Origin: Naegleria gruberi
Lineage: Eukaryota
DNA: 64,000 nucleotides
Strand: one strand, 5' to 3'
Assembly (NCBI GenBank): GCA_000004985.1
Contig: GG738847.1
The notes under the pieces: generated by a model
Told to the model about the DNA's origin: nothing
The model's input: the letters and a program-made list of their open reading frames with translations, nothing else
The model's database searches: none
Program-made: the position numbers and the translations under genes
Shown here: piece by piece, positions 1 to 12,651 of the stretch
How the letters are laid out: every line of letters begins with the position of its first letter
How positions within the stretch are numbered: the first letter of the stretch is position 1

Positions 1-2894
1 AAAAGTCAATACTTGGATGATGCTTCAACTCTTCAGTGAGCTCATAATAGTGAGTGCTAAACATACACAAACATCCAACAACATCAGCCATGTACTGAGC
101 AACAGAATTAGCAATTGCATAACCATCGTGTGTAGATGTACCTCTTCCCAATTCATCTAGAATGACAAGAGAACGAGAAGTTGCATTTCTAACAATATTG
201 GAAGTTTCCAATAATTCAACCATAAATGTTGATTCACCAGCAAGAATTCTGTCATTAGCACCAATTCTTGTGAATATTCTATCAATAAGAGTCAATTCAC
301 AAGCCTCTGCTGGAACAAAGCAACCAATTTGTGCCATAATAACAGCAATACATGATGATCTGAGAATTGTTGATTTACCACCCATATTTGGTCCAGTAAC
401 CAGCAAAGTGGTTGCATCGTCAGCCCCCATAAAAATGTCATTAGGAATAAATCCACTGGTTGTTCTAACAGTTGGGTGTCTCATCTTAGTTACTTTTAGT
501 ACTGGTTTGTTTTTAAAAGGAAGAATCACTGGTCTACAATAGCCCTCTTGACTACTTGTTGTATAAAGAGAGAGGAGACAATCTAATTCTGAAATTGATC
601 TCATAATAGTCTTCCAATATTGGTCGTATGTTGAAAATTCATTGAGGATTTCTCTGTACTGGTTCTCTCTAATATCATCCATCTTTGTTTGACGGAGTTT
701 GCTTTCTGTTAATTTCTTATCAAGGAATGGATGGCTCCATTTACGAGTTTTTTGGTTCTTCTTTTCACTCTTGAATCCATCCGGCATATTATCAAGTTCA
801 ACCTTTACCTCAGTTTCAATCGTCCATTGTTTAACTATTTTAGTATTTCCTTTATCAATTTTCATTTTGGCAGAGGGAACCTCTTCTTTAACTTTTGCAA
901 TAAAATCCTGAACTTCCTTGTCAATCTCTGCAACCTCTTCTAAATACTTTTCATATTCTGGACCCAAAGAACCATCTATACGTTCTACAATACCCTCCGA
1001 CAAGGCCTTTTGCTGATCAATTTGGTTTTCAAAAGTACTTAAAACATTATCAATTTCATCAAGGTTATCAATATTAATTACTCTTTTCAAAATGCTAGAA
1101 TTCACAGATTCTGCATACTTTTGCAATCCTTGAACAATGATTACTCCAGCTCTCAAACTCTCTAATGCGTGTAAATATGGTTTTACCCTTCTTTTGCTTG
1201 TACTGGTATCAAAAGCAATTTCTTTTTGTACCTTTCTGGATTCTCTATACAAACAATGAAGACATCTTTCCAGATCCTTTATATTTGAGAGTTGATCTCT
1301 AATAGATTGAGGTTCTTCTATTATAGACATTATATCCTCAATAGCATCATATCTATCATTAATTTCTTCAGAATTCTTCAAAGGTCTTGTTAACCAATTT
1401 TCCAACATTCTTCTTCCCATAGCTGTGACTGTATTGTCAACCAAACTCAATAAAGTACCTTCCTTTGTTCCAGTATTAGAATTTACTTTGACATCCAAAT
1501 TAGTGAGAGTTTGTCCATCTAGAATCAAATGACCTGTATCCATTTTCCCGTCATATAATGAAAATTTGATCGTTTTAGATAAAAGTACATCTTCTTTTCT
1601 CAACTAGTTTGAAATATTCTCAATAAATATTGAAAAGTGGTGTTACTTACGTATTTCAAGTAAAATAAGGCCGCACCAAAACTAGACATAACAAGGTCAT
1701 TATCCAAGAATTGTTTAACAATTGCATCCTCTGAAATATGAGGCAGATCTTCAAGAAAATATTTTGTTACATCTGCTGTTGGAAAACCAGTGAATTCTTT
1801 TTGAGCAAGCTCATTACAAGTCTTCTTTTCTCTAATCACAACCCTTTTGTTATCAATATTCTTTTTAGTTTGAACAGAAGTTTGCCCCTTTTCAATAATT
1901 ATTTCGCTTGGGTTGATGGTGTGAATGAGTGTATTGAATTGATTTCTGTGAGTGTCATCTTCAATGAATCCAATATAGAAAGCATCCATAGAAATGTCCA
2001 AGAATGTAATACCGTATCTAGCATGCATAATGTCCTCCTTTACACATAGCAAGTACTGATTACCGTTGTCTGATATGAAATCCAAATCGGTAATAGTAGC
2101 AATAGTGGTAATGTCACAAATTTCTCTTCCAACACAACTGGATGCAGTCTTCTTTTCCTTTTTTCTTTCGTTTCTTTCTTCAACTGTTTCTCTTTAAATT
2201 TGATTATTTTCATTGAGATCATAAAATATACTTACGTTTGTTCAACACGCAAGCAATCATATCCTAAACTGATAAACTTTTTAGCATAATTCAGAAAGGA
2301 ACTTTCTGGTACACCAGCCATTCTCATGTTAATTCTTTCAGTTATCTTTAAATCAAACTCCTTCTTTGCTATATCAGCATCTTCCTCATACAATTCATAG
2401 AATTTTCCCTTTTTGAAAAACACAAGTTTGTCCATATGGTTTTTCTTTGTTGCCCAGTACTGTTGTTCCATTGGTGTTAAATTACTCATATCACCAGTTG
2501 AAATGTACAAAGTTGACTTGTCAAAATCAGGATCACTTTCTGGCCTTCTCTTATCATCTAATCTATTGGTAAGAAATGGAAATCTATCCTTTTCTTTTTC
2601 TTTCTTCTTTTTAATACCAGTAAATTTTGAAGTTCTAATAGTATTTTCCTCCAATTCTTCCTCATCATCGGATTCTTTCTTTTTCTTCTTTTTTGCTGTA
2701 GTCTTTTTTGCTGGTTGCTTTTTCTTTGGTTTTTCCTCTTCTTCATCAATGAATTCAAAGTCTTCATCCTCATCGGATGATTCATCCTTTTTTCTCTTCT
2801 TGCTACCACCAACCGACGATGGTACAGAAGGAGATGCGCTCGATGAAGCACCCTTCTTCTTTGTGAATGAATAAATGTTTTGTTGGACAGGCAT
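1..2894 (-). CDS. MSH6: DNA mismatch repair protein MSH6 homologue. 5' part only; the gene continues past the left edge. Exons on the minus strand: 2894..2236, 2191..1651, 1603..<1. Introns about 44 and 47 nt.
   Basis: N-terminal PIP-box-like QQNIYSF, then an acidic/lysine-rich linker. Mismatch-binding domain (TPMEQQYW...FYELYEEDA). VEQT|ETVE junction restored by splicing. Connector domain (YGITFLDISMDAFYIGFIEDD). Walker A TGPNMGGKST in the minus-strand translation around 370-400. Donors GTAAGT, acceptors AAAG/CTAG. The spliced reading aligns with human MSH6. Confidence 0.85.
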
Positions 2895-2963
2895 TTCGAT
2901 ATATTTTTTTTTGATGATTTATTTGATTCCACCAAATGCTAGCACTCAAATGGGCGGGAGATT

Positions 2964-5865
2964 TTATGCACTGGTTTGGTTAACTTGTTGCTTGCTTTGC
3001 TTTGCCTTTTTCTTGAGACAACGAGTATTGGATCGTTCTGCCATCAATGAAATGAGAGAGTACATGTGTTTGACCTTTTGTTTGTTGAATTTTTCTTTTT
3101 GAGCTTCAATGTAGGCCATCTTGTCCTCAATCTTATTTTCCTCTTTGGATATCACTTCTGTACCATCCTTTGCGAGGGATTTCAAGTGAGAGATTACTTC
3201 ATCAATAGATTGAGAAAATGAAATCTTTTCCTTTCCAGAATATTTTTGATGAAGTGGTGAATCTTCCAAATTAATGTACTTTTTCCTCTTCTTATTCTTC
3301 ACTTGAATGGACAAGTCGAATGTAATGCATGACGGATCAACAATGATGGTCAATGGTTTCTTCTCATCAAGTGTGAGATTGAGTGATTTAAAGTAGGTTG
3401 GGAATAAATTGCTATAGTGATCCTTAACTAGATTCAATTTTTCAACATAGGTGACATTCTCAGTGTTGGCATTAATGATATTTACATCGAGAACCAACTC
3501 TCTATCGAATGTTTCATTCAATTGTTTTACCCAACAATTCACATTATCAAATTGTGATTCGTTTTCTGTAGAGTTGTCCTTTACAATAACCATACACAAT
3601 CTTGGTCTCTTTTGAGGTACTGTATAGCCAACTGGTGGTACGTTTTGAGGCTTTTGAGATTTCAATCCAGAAAATGATATGCCACGAGCGTGAGTCATCT
3701 TCCACTTTAAAAATTCCTTCAAAAGTGAAAGATCCTGTACAAAGTCATCCATACTAATACCATGAGATTCCAAAAATTCAGTCATTAATGCCATATTGAA
3801 TAACTTGTAGTTTACAGCAGGAATGAAAATTCCAACTGGCTCATTCATATCCTTGAGAGCCTTACGGATAAATGAAGCTTCTCTTTCAGTCCTGTCGAAA
3901 AACTCGATTCTTGCATCATTTTCATATACAGAACTTGTTGCATCATAACCAGCAAAGTATTTCGTATCGACAGTAACATTTGGTGAAATGGTATGGAATG
4001 CTCTGTCTAACATTTTCAATGTTTCAGTCTCGATAAAGTGATGCAACACTCTTGGAAGATAGGCATCGACTGATCTGGAAATTGTGACATAGGCCGGTAA
4101 TTTTTCTTGAGCGACAATGATTCTTTCAAGCTTGTTCATTTCATCTACGATTTGATCCTTTGTCAAGTACTTGGAAGGTAAACCACTTGGACAAACTCCA
4201 AACATTTGATTGACATTACAATACTTTTCAACTGTTGGGAATCTATAATTCATTTGTAATAAAGATAAATGGAAATAATTAATACTCTCCAAAAACAAGA
4301 CAATAAACTTGGATAACTCATAGAGATGTTGTAAAGCAAACAGCTTTCCCTCGCACCACATATTTAACAATTCCTTTGTAAATACTGACTCTTCATCGAA
4401 TCTTATTGACTGAACAGGTTGTTTTGTGAACATGGCATTCTCATCAAACAAGACTCCTTTGAAAAACATTTCATGCAAGAAGTCTGACATTCTCTTTCTG
4501 TTAAACTTTTTGATTTCCTCTGTATTGTTCATATGCTTGGTTTCTGGCAATACATTCTTACCATAGCACAAAATCTTATCTTCCTCTACCATTTCTGCAA
4601 ATACTTTGAACAGGGGAGCGTATTGTTTTCTTGGAACCATGTTAAAAAGCATTTCATCATCTGTTGAAAAGTAGTCCAAATCAATGTCAAGCAAATAAGA
4701 TGTAGAGTTGAAAAATTGAGCATTCTTGTTGATTTCTCCAGTTGTTCTATTGAATAGAGATTTCATTCTAAATACATCCCATTGAATTGGAATAGTTTCC
4801 TTCTCTGGTTGATTGAATTCTTCATAGGGAGAGCATACACCTGCTTTAGCAATTTGTGAAATATTGCCCAATCTCTTTGTTACAGTTTTTTTGCCATTTC
4901 TATTGATTTTTCTTGTCCATTTGTACCCATCTGATTTTCTATAACACAAGTAGGTAGTTTCTGGGTCAACTGTGTCTGTTTGTCTAATATCTTCAATAGA
5001 TTGAGATCCCTTCAAAACTGCTGACTTTCTCACTCCCAACTCGGCATTGAAACGACCTTGTCCAAAATTGTATCCACCTCCCTCAAAGTCACTTTGAAGC
5101 CATACTACCTTTGGACTAACCAATCCCAAATATTGTCCAACAGGAATGAAATCTCCAATAGATGTAGCTTCCAATAATTCACTCAAATGTGTATCATTAA
5201 AGACATGTCTAAATTTGGTTTGATTCTTTGAATTAACATATTGCACTCTTTCATAATTTGAAGGATTTTCAATAATATCTCTAAATTTCTTAAAATTGAA
5301 ATAATGTTGTGGAATTTGAGCATCAGAGTGAGAATCAATATGAAGCAAAGGTAATCCTTGATATTGTAAATTATATTCATTAGAATTTGCCTTCTCACCA
5401 TCATATTTAATTCTAGGAATGAGACCCAACTTGTGAGCTCTCACCCAGAAAAACAATGCATAATTGTGCTCATCAAAAATTCCAATATGAACCCTATTCT
5501 TCTTTTTCTTGTCCTTTCCAATAGTTTCGTTCAATTTCTTTGCATAATTCAAATAGGCAGGAGTTGAAGTGATTGGAGCTGGAAATTTACTCTTTGCTCC
5601 GAGAGTTGGATAGAAACGAGCACTTCCATGTCCAAGAGAAAAGAGTTTACTCAGTATTGTACTACTACCACCATCAGGAGAAAACAGATTCGCCTTGTAG
5701 AGAAGTGCAATGGAAAGGATTAGGATAAGGAAGGAAACAATGAGAAGGGTCTTGCTGAGTGAAGATGATTCTGTGAAATGTTAATGGGAATGTGTGATTT
5801 ATTTTGTACGAACCTGATGGTTTAGTGGCAGGTGAAGAAGATTCCTGCTTTTTCTTTTTTGCCAT
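2964..5865 (-). CDS. Type II membrane protein with a large luminal domain of unknown function (possibly UPF0489/C5orf22-like). Exons 5865..5814 and 5770..2964, joined by an intron of about 43 nt.
   Basis: ATG at 5865 encodes MAKKKKQESSSPATKPS. Donor GTTCGT and acceptor CACAG join in frame to a hydrophobic anchor (SLSKTLLIVSFLILILSIALLY) that has no in-frame ATG of its own. Exon lengths sum to a multiple of 3. Luminal motifs VHIGIFDEHNYALFFW and LHIDSHSD. Confidence 0.55.
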
Positions 5866-6021
5866 TTTTTTTGATTTTAATCAATTATTATTTTGGCTGA
5901 CATCACATTAGACATTCGACATTTAAGTATTATCCAAAAATAATTGTTAAACTATTGCACTTATCTTAAAAACAATGTTAGTCATCGCTAAAAGAAAAAA
6001 TTGGAAATATAATGGATACTA

Positions 6022-8015
6022 CTATATTTCTCCAAAAATATTTCCATCATCTGTGTCGGTTACTGGAGTTCTGTATTTTTCTTTTTGCTTGAAAAACTCA
6101 ACTGATGTTCTACACTCGATTGGGTACAAACTCTTTACAAATGTAATGCATTCCTCTACTGTCCATCTTTCAACATTGTTTTTTTTTGTCATGTTCAATA
6201 TTAATTCTTTCATAAACATATTGAACTGCTTTCTATGGGTTTCTTCCATATCGTTTTTAATATCTGTTCTTAAAGACTCATTGATTATTTCACTAATAGA
6301 ACGACCTAATGAAAACAAATCACTTTTAGGAGAAACACTGCCATGTTTTCTCTTTTCTGGTGAATCATAAGAAGGAGATCCAGAAGTTGAAGTGATTACA
6401 TTCTGGTCAAAATCCTTACAGACATCTCCATCACAGCTAGCATATTCAATTGACAAGCCATAATCAATTATAAAATAATGGTTGTCATACTTTACAATAT
6501 TTTGTGGTTTTAAATCGTTGTGAATTATTCGACTATTTTTGAGAAAATACAGTTGCACCAATAAGTCTATAGTCAAACTAATAATCTCTTCCGGATCTGA
6601 TATAGTCTCAACCTTTTCACCCTCCAACAAGATAATTTCTCCTGAACTTGCACGAGTGATGAACAATGTTAGGAACTTAAGATTACCTATTAATGAATCA
6701 CTACTATTCGGCTCAACTTGTTTACAAAAAGCCTTCCAACTGTTATTAGATTTTGGATTAATGATATCACATTTCCACAAAGATTTTGTTGTTTGGCAAA
6801 GTTTCTCTGGTGCTTTTTCACGTAATTTGATAATCAGTCCTCCAACAACTAAGGATGTTTGAGGCTTCTTCTTTTCTGTTTGGGGCTCTTTTATGGAAGG
6901 TTTTGAGTGCTTTAAATACGTTTCTACTATATCTGAGTCAGGAATAGAAAAGGAGTTCAAAATTATATGTATCAATTGTGCACGTTCTTTTACCTCAGTA
7001 TGTTGGAAATTTCCAAGTGTATACATTTTGTAAGATATAGATAGATCATCCTTAATATTTGCATGCATACAATACAAATTTGTTTGTATGTTGTCAGTAG
7101 TCATGCCAAGAATAAATAATTTGTCGTGTATGTTTGATTCCAGATCCTTTTTAACAAGATGTCTAATGTTCTTTGAAAGTGCCAATCTCATCACAAATAC
7201 CACTCTTAAAAAATCTGGATGATTAAAATGGCTAAACGAATGCTCATGTTTGTCTTCTCTAATAATTTTGGTAATGTACCTATCATTGTACTTTTGGGCC
7301 AAAATGGCATCAACTTGAAGTTCTTTCATTGAATCCTTAATTTTTTGTGACAACATTTTCTTATTTAACATGTTTGGTATCTGTTTGTTGCTATTGACAA
7401 ATATCTTGTTTTTGGAAAGGAGAGCCAATTCAAACAGTGAACTGAAGTGTGTTGTGGTGAGCTGCAATTCTGTAGCACAACCTAAAATGTTCAACTTTGG
7501 TGGAATAAGAGATCTAAGGATTGAAGAATAGCAATCATCACGGAGATTATAATGTTCGATAACAGCTTGAAGATTTTGAATTGAAGGATCTTGAGCATAT
7601 TTCATCAAACAACTTGTATCATCCTTGCAATTAAAAATAGGGCAAGTTTCTTTCGAATATTCAATACTCAAAGTCAACAATAACCTTCTCAAGGAAGTCA
7701 TATCAGTGCACCCTTCGATATCTGGTATTGCCACCAATTGTTCTTTCAACTTTTCATCTATTTCGTCGTTGGTTGTGACAAATGGTAATTCTTTCTTTAA
7801 ATATTGCTCTATTTGTTCCAAAAATTCAAAGCCTTGATTGATGGTATCTTGAAGCTTCTTTTTCTTGGCCTTTGGTTGTTGTTTAGATGGTGATGTTCGA
7901 CTTCTTGTTTTGCTTCTTGCAGCTTTGGAGTAAGGAACAGACAATCCAACATCATCGCCCTCTTCACATTCTTCTCCCGAAGAAGAAGAGGCTTCTTGTG
8001 TAAAATAACCAGCCT
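6022..8015 (-). CDS. Divergent protein kinase with a long N-terminal region. A possible 7-nt start exon (8056..8050, ATGGAAG) may be joined by a 34-nt intron. The ORF caller's M at 7944 is a TTG.
   Basis: Catalytic loop IIHNDLKPQNIV (non-RD), DYG in place of DFG, and a C-lobe. The open frame extends upstream to 8015 with no ATG. The ATGGAAG|GTATGT...AACAAG|AG model gives a total length divisible by 3, but the intron is unusually short. Confidence 0.6.
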
Positions 8016-8410
8016 CTTGTTAAGTAAGCAACAAACATGGTTAACATACCTTCCATTTTTTCTATCTAATCTCACAATAAGCTTAATGAGGCAAAAAGCT
8101 CTATGGTATTAATATGGATGAGAACTATTCCCTGACCCTGGAATAAAAGATACACCTAATTATTGAATTCTTGTACAAATTGAAAGAACATAATTTAGCA
8201 CAAAACATTAAAACGTTGTTAATTGCATTAGACATGAAGCCATCCACGTTTGATGAAAAGTGTGAAAAAAGAGAAGTGCACATCACATATTAGACATTTG
8301 ACATTACTTTAGTATTTTCTAAAACTCTATTGATATATTGTTCGATTTTCAAATTCTGTGTTAAAATTGTATTAAAACGTATTTCAACGTGATTTTTTGG
8401 TAATTAAGGT

Positions 8411-9340
8411 ATGAATATTACAAAAAGAAGTGCAAAATCAAAAAAGAATAATTTTAAAAAAATGTCTAAACTAACTTCCCTCTCCAATGATTCTCTGATG
8501 GATATTTTATTATTCTGCAAAAATGATTTAAAAACTGTGATGAGTTTGGCACTAACATGTTCCGATTGTTATCGTACTGTAACAGAGAGTTTCGATCGGT
8601 TTTGGATTGTTATTTTGAATGAGATGGCTGAACGGAATCCTACTGGTTTTAAGTCAAAGACTCTTTCTATTGTGAATCATCCATTGATTTCAAAGAGGAG
8701 TATTAAATTATTGACCATTGTTAAATCACAAATAAGATTTGAGAGGAAACGAAAAATTCTGAAAGATTATAATGGGTTGGAAATGTTGGCAAAATATAGA
8801 TATTTTGAAAATTTACAAATTCATGATCCATATGTTAACAAATTGATTTCAAAAGAGAGAAAGGAATCATTGAGATACTCTGCTGAAAATATACTCAGAG
8901 AGGTGTTTGAAGATTCACATATTGCATTAATTGATTGTTGGTTAACAAAAGTACACTCATTTGAAGTTAAAGATCTAATCGATGCTTTATTTAGAAAATC
9001 AGGAGCTCATCTTGAATTGAATGTTAAGAATAGAACCCAATCATCTTCAATCTATGACTTTTGGAAAACCCAGGATCCTTCCTACCAAGACAATCTATTT
9101 CACTGGTACAAGGTAGCATCTCTCTCAACAGTTGATAGTACTCTCCTATTTCTCAAGTTCTTTTTTCTTGAACTACCAAATAATTTAGTTTATGGCCAAA
9201 GAGTTAGTGAAACTGGATACGAACAGGAAAAGAGAAATACTGGCGCATTCAAGAAACAATTAGATAATTTGACTGTTTACGCACATCGTGTATTGATGGA
9301 AGCCATTCAGATTTTCAAAAAGGAACTTTACGATGAGTGA
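8411..9340 (+). CDS. F-box-like protein, single exon.
   Basis: ATG start. N-terminal LSNDSLMDILLFCKNDLKTV resembles an F-box. No other recognisable domain. Confidence 0.5.
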   Translation: MNITKRSAKSKKNNFKKMSKLTSLSNDSLMDILLFCKNDLKTVMSLALTCSDCYRTVTESFDRFWIVILNEMAERNPTGFKSKTLSIVNHPLISKRSIKLLTIVKSQIRFERKRKILKDYNGLEMLAKYRYFENLQIHDPYVNKLISKERKESLRYSAENILREVFEDSHIALIDCWLTKVHSFEVKDLIDALFRKSGAHLELNVKNRTQSSSIYDFWKTQDPSYQDNLFHWYKVASLSTVDSTLLFLKFFFLELPNNLVYGQRVSETGYEQEKRNTGAFKKQLDNLTVYAHRVLMEAIQIFKKELYDE

Positions 9341-9384
9341 ATTTTGAAAAGTTTACAAAAAATATTTTTAATTTACAAATTTAT

Positions 9385-10029
9385 TTAACGCAATTGAGCA
9401 ACTTCTTGCCATGCAGGTCTAGAACTAATCTTTTCCCACCAAGTTTTAACATGTGGACGTTCCAATAGCAAATGACCAAAATTAACTTGAGGCAAGAACA
9501 AGAGACTTCCATAAGGAAGATGGAACAAATCAGCAAGAGTAAATTGATTTCCACCAATATATTCTTGTTTGCTCAAAATCTTTTCATAAACATCCAAATA
9601 TTGAGCTAATTTTTCACTTGCAACCTTAACTCTTGCTTCATCGGCTTCACCTAAACCCTTCAAGGCCTTGAAAAATTTTTCAAATATAATACCAGAAGCA
9701 TTTGGATCCCAATAGGATGTTTCAATAGAAGCACCTTGTTCGAACAAACCCAATTCTTCAGGATTGGTTGGAATGAGTTGATTTCCACTGGTCTTGTACT
9801 TGTTTTCCAAATATCTACAGATAGCACGTGATTCATAAATAGTGAATTCACCATCTTCAAGAACTGGAATCACTCCGAAAGGTTGTTTTTCAATGTAAGG
9901 AGCTTGCTTATGTTCTCCAGAAGCCAAATTAACAACAATCAATTCGTAGTCCAATTGTTTTTCCTTCAATGTTGCCAAAACACGCTTAGTGCAAGTTGCT
10001 GCAGCAAGTCCATAAACTTTAATAGCCAT
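9385..10029 (-). CDS. Glutathione S-transferase.
   Basis: 214 aa, ATG start. Thioredoxin-like N-domain (VYGLAAATCTKRVLATLKEK...IPVLEDGEFTIYESRAICRYL) and helical C-domain typical of cytosolic GSTs. Confidence 0.85.
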   Translation of the reverse strand: MAIKVYGLAAATCTKRVLATLKEKQLDYELIVVNLASGEHKQAPYIEKQPFGVIPVLEDGEFTIYESRAICRYLENKYKTSGNQLIPTNPEELGLFEQGASIETSYWDPNASGIIFEKFFKALKGLGEADEARVKVASEKLAQYLDVYEKILSKQEYIGGNQFTLADLFHLPYGSLLFLPQVNFGHLLLERPHVKTWWEKISSRPAWQEVAQLR

Positions 10030-10329
10030 TGTTATGATGTTTGTTTTTATGTGTTTTAGAGTAATGTGTTTTTGTTTTGATTGTTATTTGTACTATCATC
10101 ATGAGTTGAAATATTGTTCTTTGAGCGTGCGTATTATTTTCTTGAAGGAAGAAATGCAAGTTTAGGACGTATGTTTTAAATGTGGACTAGAGCGGCCTAT
10201 TCAAGAGATAAATGACAGATAGTTCGTAAGGAGGATCTTTGTAATAATTATAAATTTTATTCATTAATTTAAATCATTGAGATGGTAGTAACATGATAAG
10301 GTAAAAATAAAACTTATTCCGAATAAAAA

Positions 10330-11477
10330 ATGGTCAATCAAAAGAAGGTTGAGTACAACGAACGTGGACAAAGAATTGAAAAAAGCCTTAAATATTTCGT
10401 AATTGAGGAAAGAAGAAAACGGGAAAAGGAAGAGGACGATCCACTAGAAGGCATTATGGAAGAGAGTTTGTTCATTAATAGTCAATCGGGAATGGAATTA
10501 CTTTCTCAATATTGTCTTCCAACACCAAAGAGGTTTGTAAATTGTCAGAGGAAATATAGTTTTGAAAATTTAATAGCCTAAATAATCAGCTTATTGTAGA
10601 GAATTATGATCATCATCTTATTGATTTGAATTCAATGTTGCTTGTCAAGTATGAAGACATGAATGATTTACAATCTAGGCTTGATGATATTACTACCTCA
10701 ATGAAAACATTATCCTTTGAGAAGGATGTTCCTGGAGAGGAAGAATTTCCAACTCAATTTGATGGAGTTAATTTTGAAATTAGTACTCAATTGAAAAAGT
10801 ATAAATCAAACTTTGAAAATAAGAGACTAAGCAAGTTTCTATCATGCGAAAAGAATCAAAAGACAATATTTGATTTCATCAAACCATCCCATGTAAGTTG
10901 TATTGAATCAGTAGGACATAACATTAGCCTTTCGAATGAGAAGAAAAGAAAACCCGATGAACCTAAACTCTCCGAAGAGCAATCCAACTTCAAAAAGCAA
11001 AAACTCATTTCAGAATATACATGTCATCAGAGTGGAGAGGAAATGTTTGAAATCTTAGAGAGGAGCATTGAGAGAAAGAAGAAACAGCATCAAGGACATT
11101 CTGAGAAACAAGTTGAAGAACAACATTTAGTGGTTGTACTCGAAGAATCACCAGATGTTTCATCCTATTCGTCTAAAAATCAGCCTTCCTCCTTGAAACC
11201 TCAAGAACCTTCTGCCTCAATTCAATCCAACAGTAAAGCAAAGCAATTAGAATCAAAGCCAAGTGAGGAAACTCCCATCGAAACCAAGCCAAAAACCTAC
11301 ATGGAAAGAATTAGAGATCATGCCAAACTCTTCCATTCCAAACACATTCCCAAAAGCACCCTAACCATCAAAAAGAAGCCAGAGAAACAAAAAACTAGAG
11401 ACATTCTCAAAGAGGAAGATGATTTCTCGATTCCACAGGTTGACTCTTCTGTGATAAACAGTCTCTTTTCCTATTAA
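10330..11477 (+). CDS. Acidic, serine-rich protein of unknown function. Exons 10330..10536 and 10590..11477, joined by an intron of about 53 nt (GTAAAT...CAG).
   Basis: ORFs 10330..10581 and 10626..11477 are in different frames. The second has no in-frame ATG before an upstream stop. The splice joins them in frame, and the total length is divisible by 3. Confidence 0.5.
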
Positions 11478-11480
11478 AAA

Positions 11481-11897
11481 ATGTCTCAAACAACAGCTGT
11501 TGTCGATAGTAATCTTTCACACTTTAAGACAATCAAGGAATTTATTTTCAATTCCTTTGTGATACATCTCGGAACAGAGAGATGTCCAGTTCTTTCCGAT
11601 ATTTTAATGTTGTGCATGAGCTCGGCTCCACCATCATCAAGAGAAGAATTATGTCGGCTACACAAAGATAGATTGGATCATTGTTTGGATCATGAAATGA
11701 GGATAGAGTAAGTAGTAGATTTGTGTGATTTGTTTTGGATGATTATTTTCAATAGATTTGAAAGACAAATTCACTCAAATTGTTCAACTCAATTCAGAAC
11801 ATTAACTTCGGGGAAGTTGGAAAAGAACTTGGCCTATAATGAATTGATCAATTGTCTCAGGGAGCAAATCACCAAACCTACCTCCATCATTATTTAA
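11481..11897 (+). CDS. Small Cys/His-rich protein of about 122 aa. Exons 11481..11707 and 11756..11897, joined by a 48-nt intron (GTAAGT...ATAG).
   Basis: The ORF ends at a GTAAGT donor. The downstream exon stays open for 47 codons in the frame that the splice requires. Confidence 0.45.
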
Positions 11898-12189
11898 TTG
11901 TGTAGGTTACATGGAAGTATACTCTTCTTGGATCGATTTAACTTTGGATTGAATTGTAGTATTATTCGCCTGTTTAGCAATATGAACGAATGAAGCTTAC
12001 ATTAATACTAAAATTGATGAAATATTATTTTGCAATTATTCCATCAGATAATAAAGAAATAACACAACAATTTAATTAGTTTTAAATTTTTATATAAATT
12101 ATTGTTGGATTGTAAGACAATCCTTTTCGTTTGATTATGTTTGTTGGATTGGTTTAAAAACGGAGGATAATTTAGAGGAGAGGGAAAAT

Positions 12190-12651
12190 TTACAAAGTGT
12201 CAAAGTTGATGGTTTCTTCTTCCTTGCCGCTTCCTTCTTCATCAGAGTCCATTTGGTCATCACCAACGAATTCAATACCAATGTTTTCTTCAGTGGCTTC
12301 ATTAATTTTAGCATCTTTAGGGATTTCACCGAGCTTTTTCAATTCTCTGGCTTCATCAGGAAGGAATTTGTGAATAACGTCAGCCTTATCGTCTTGATAT
12401 TCTCTCAAGCCAATAAGAATAGTATCACCTTGGTTAATCCAAACCTTTCTTCTCATTGTACCTCTGATGGTGCAGAGTCTAGTCTTTCCGTCATAACAAT
12501 AACATTCAAGTCTACCGTTACCCAACATTCTAGTAACGACACCATATTCTTGTCCTTCTTCCTTGAGTTGGAGATCTCTCTTACTTCCTGCTCCACCCTT
12601 GTTCAAATCCTTTTTTCTCTTACCACCTTTTGACTTGCTCTTTGTTGTCAT
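12190..12651 (-). CDS. EIF1A: Translation initiation factor eIF-1A.
   Basis: [70 protein letters not shown] matches the eIF1A S1/OB domain. Acidic C-terminal tail. Confidence 0.9.
   Translation of the reverse strand: MTTKSKSKGGKRKKDLNKGGAGSKRDLQLKEEGQEYGVVTRMLGNGRLECYCYDGKTRLCTIRGTMRRKVWINQGDTILIGLREYQDDKADVIHKFLPDEARELKKLGEIPKDAKINEATEENIGIEFVGDDQMDSDEEGSGKEEETINFDTL

Noticed and set aside
162-2935. Plus-strand ORFs 162..542, 699..911, 731..943, 1738..2049, 2413..2874 and minus-strand ORF 2558..2935.
   Set aside because: All lie within MSH6 exons on the opposite strand or in another frame. The minus-strand translation of 360-400 gives the MutS Walker A TGPNMGGKST, so 162..542 is antisense to it.
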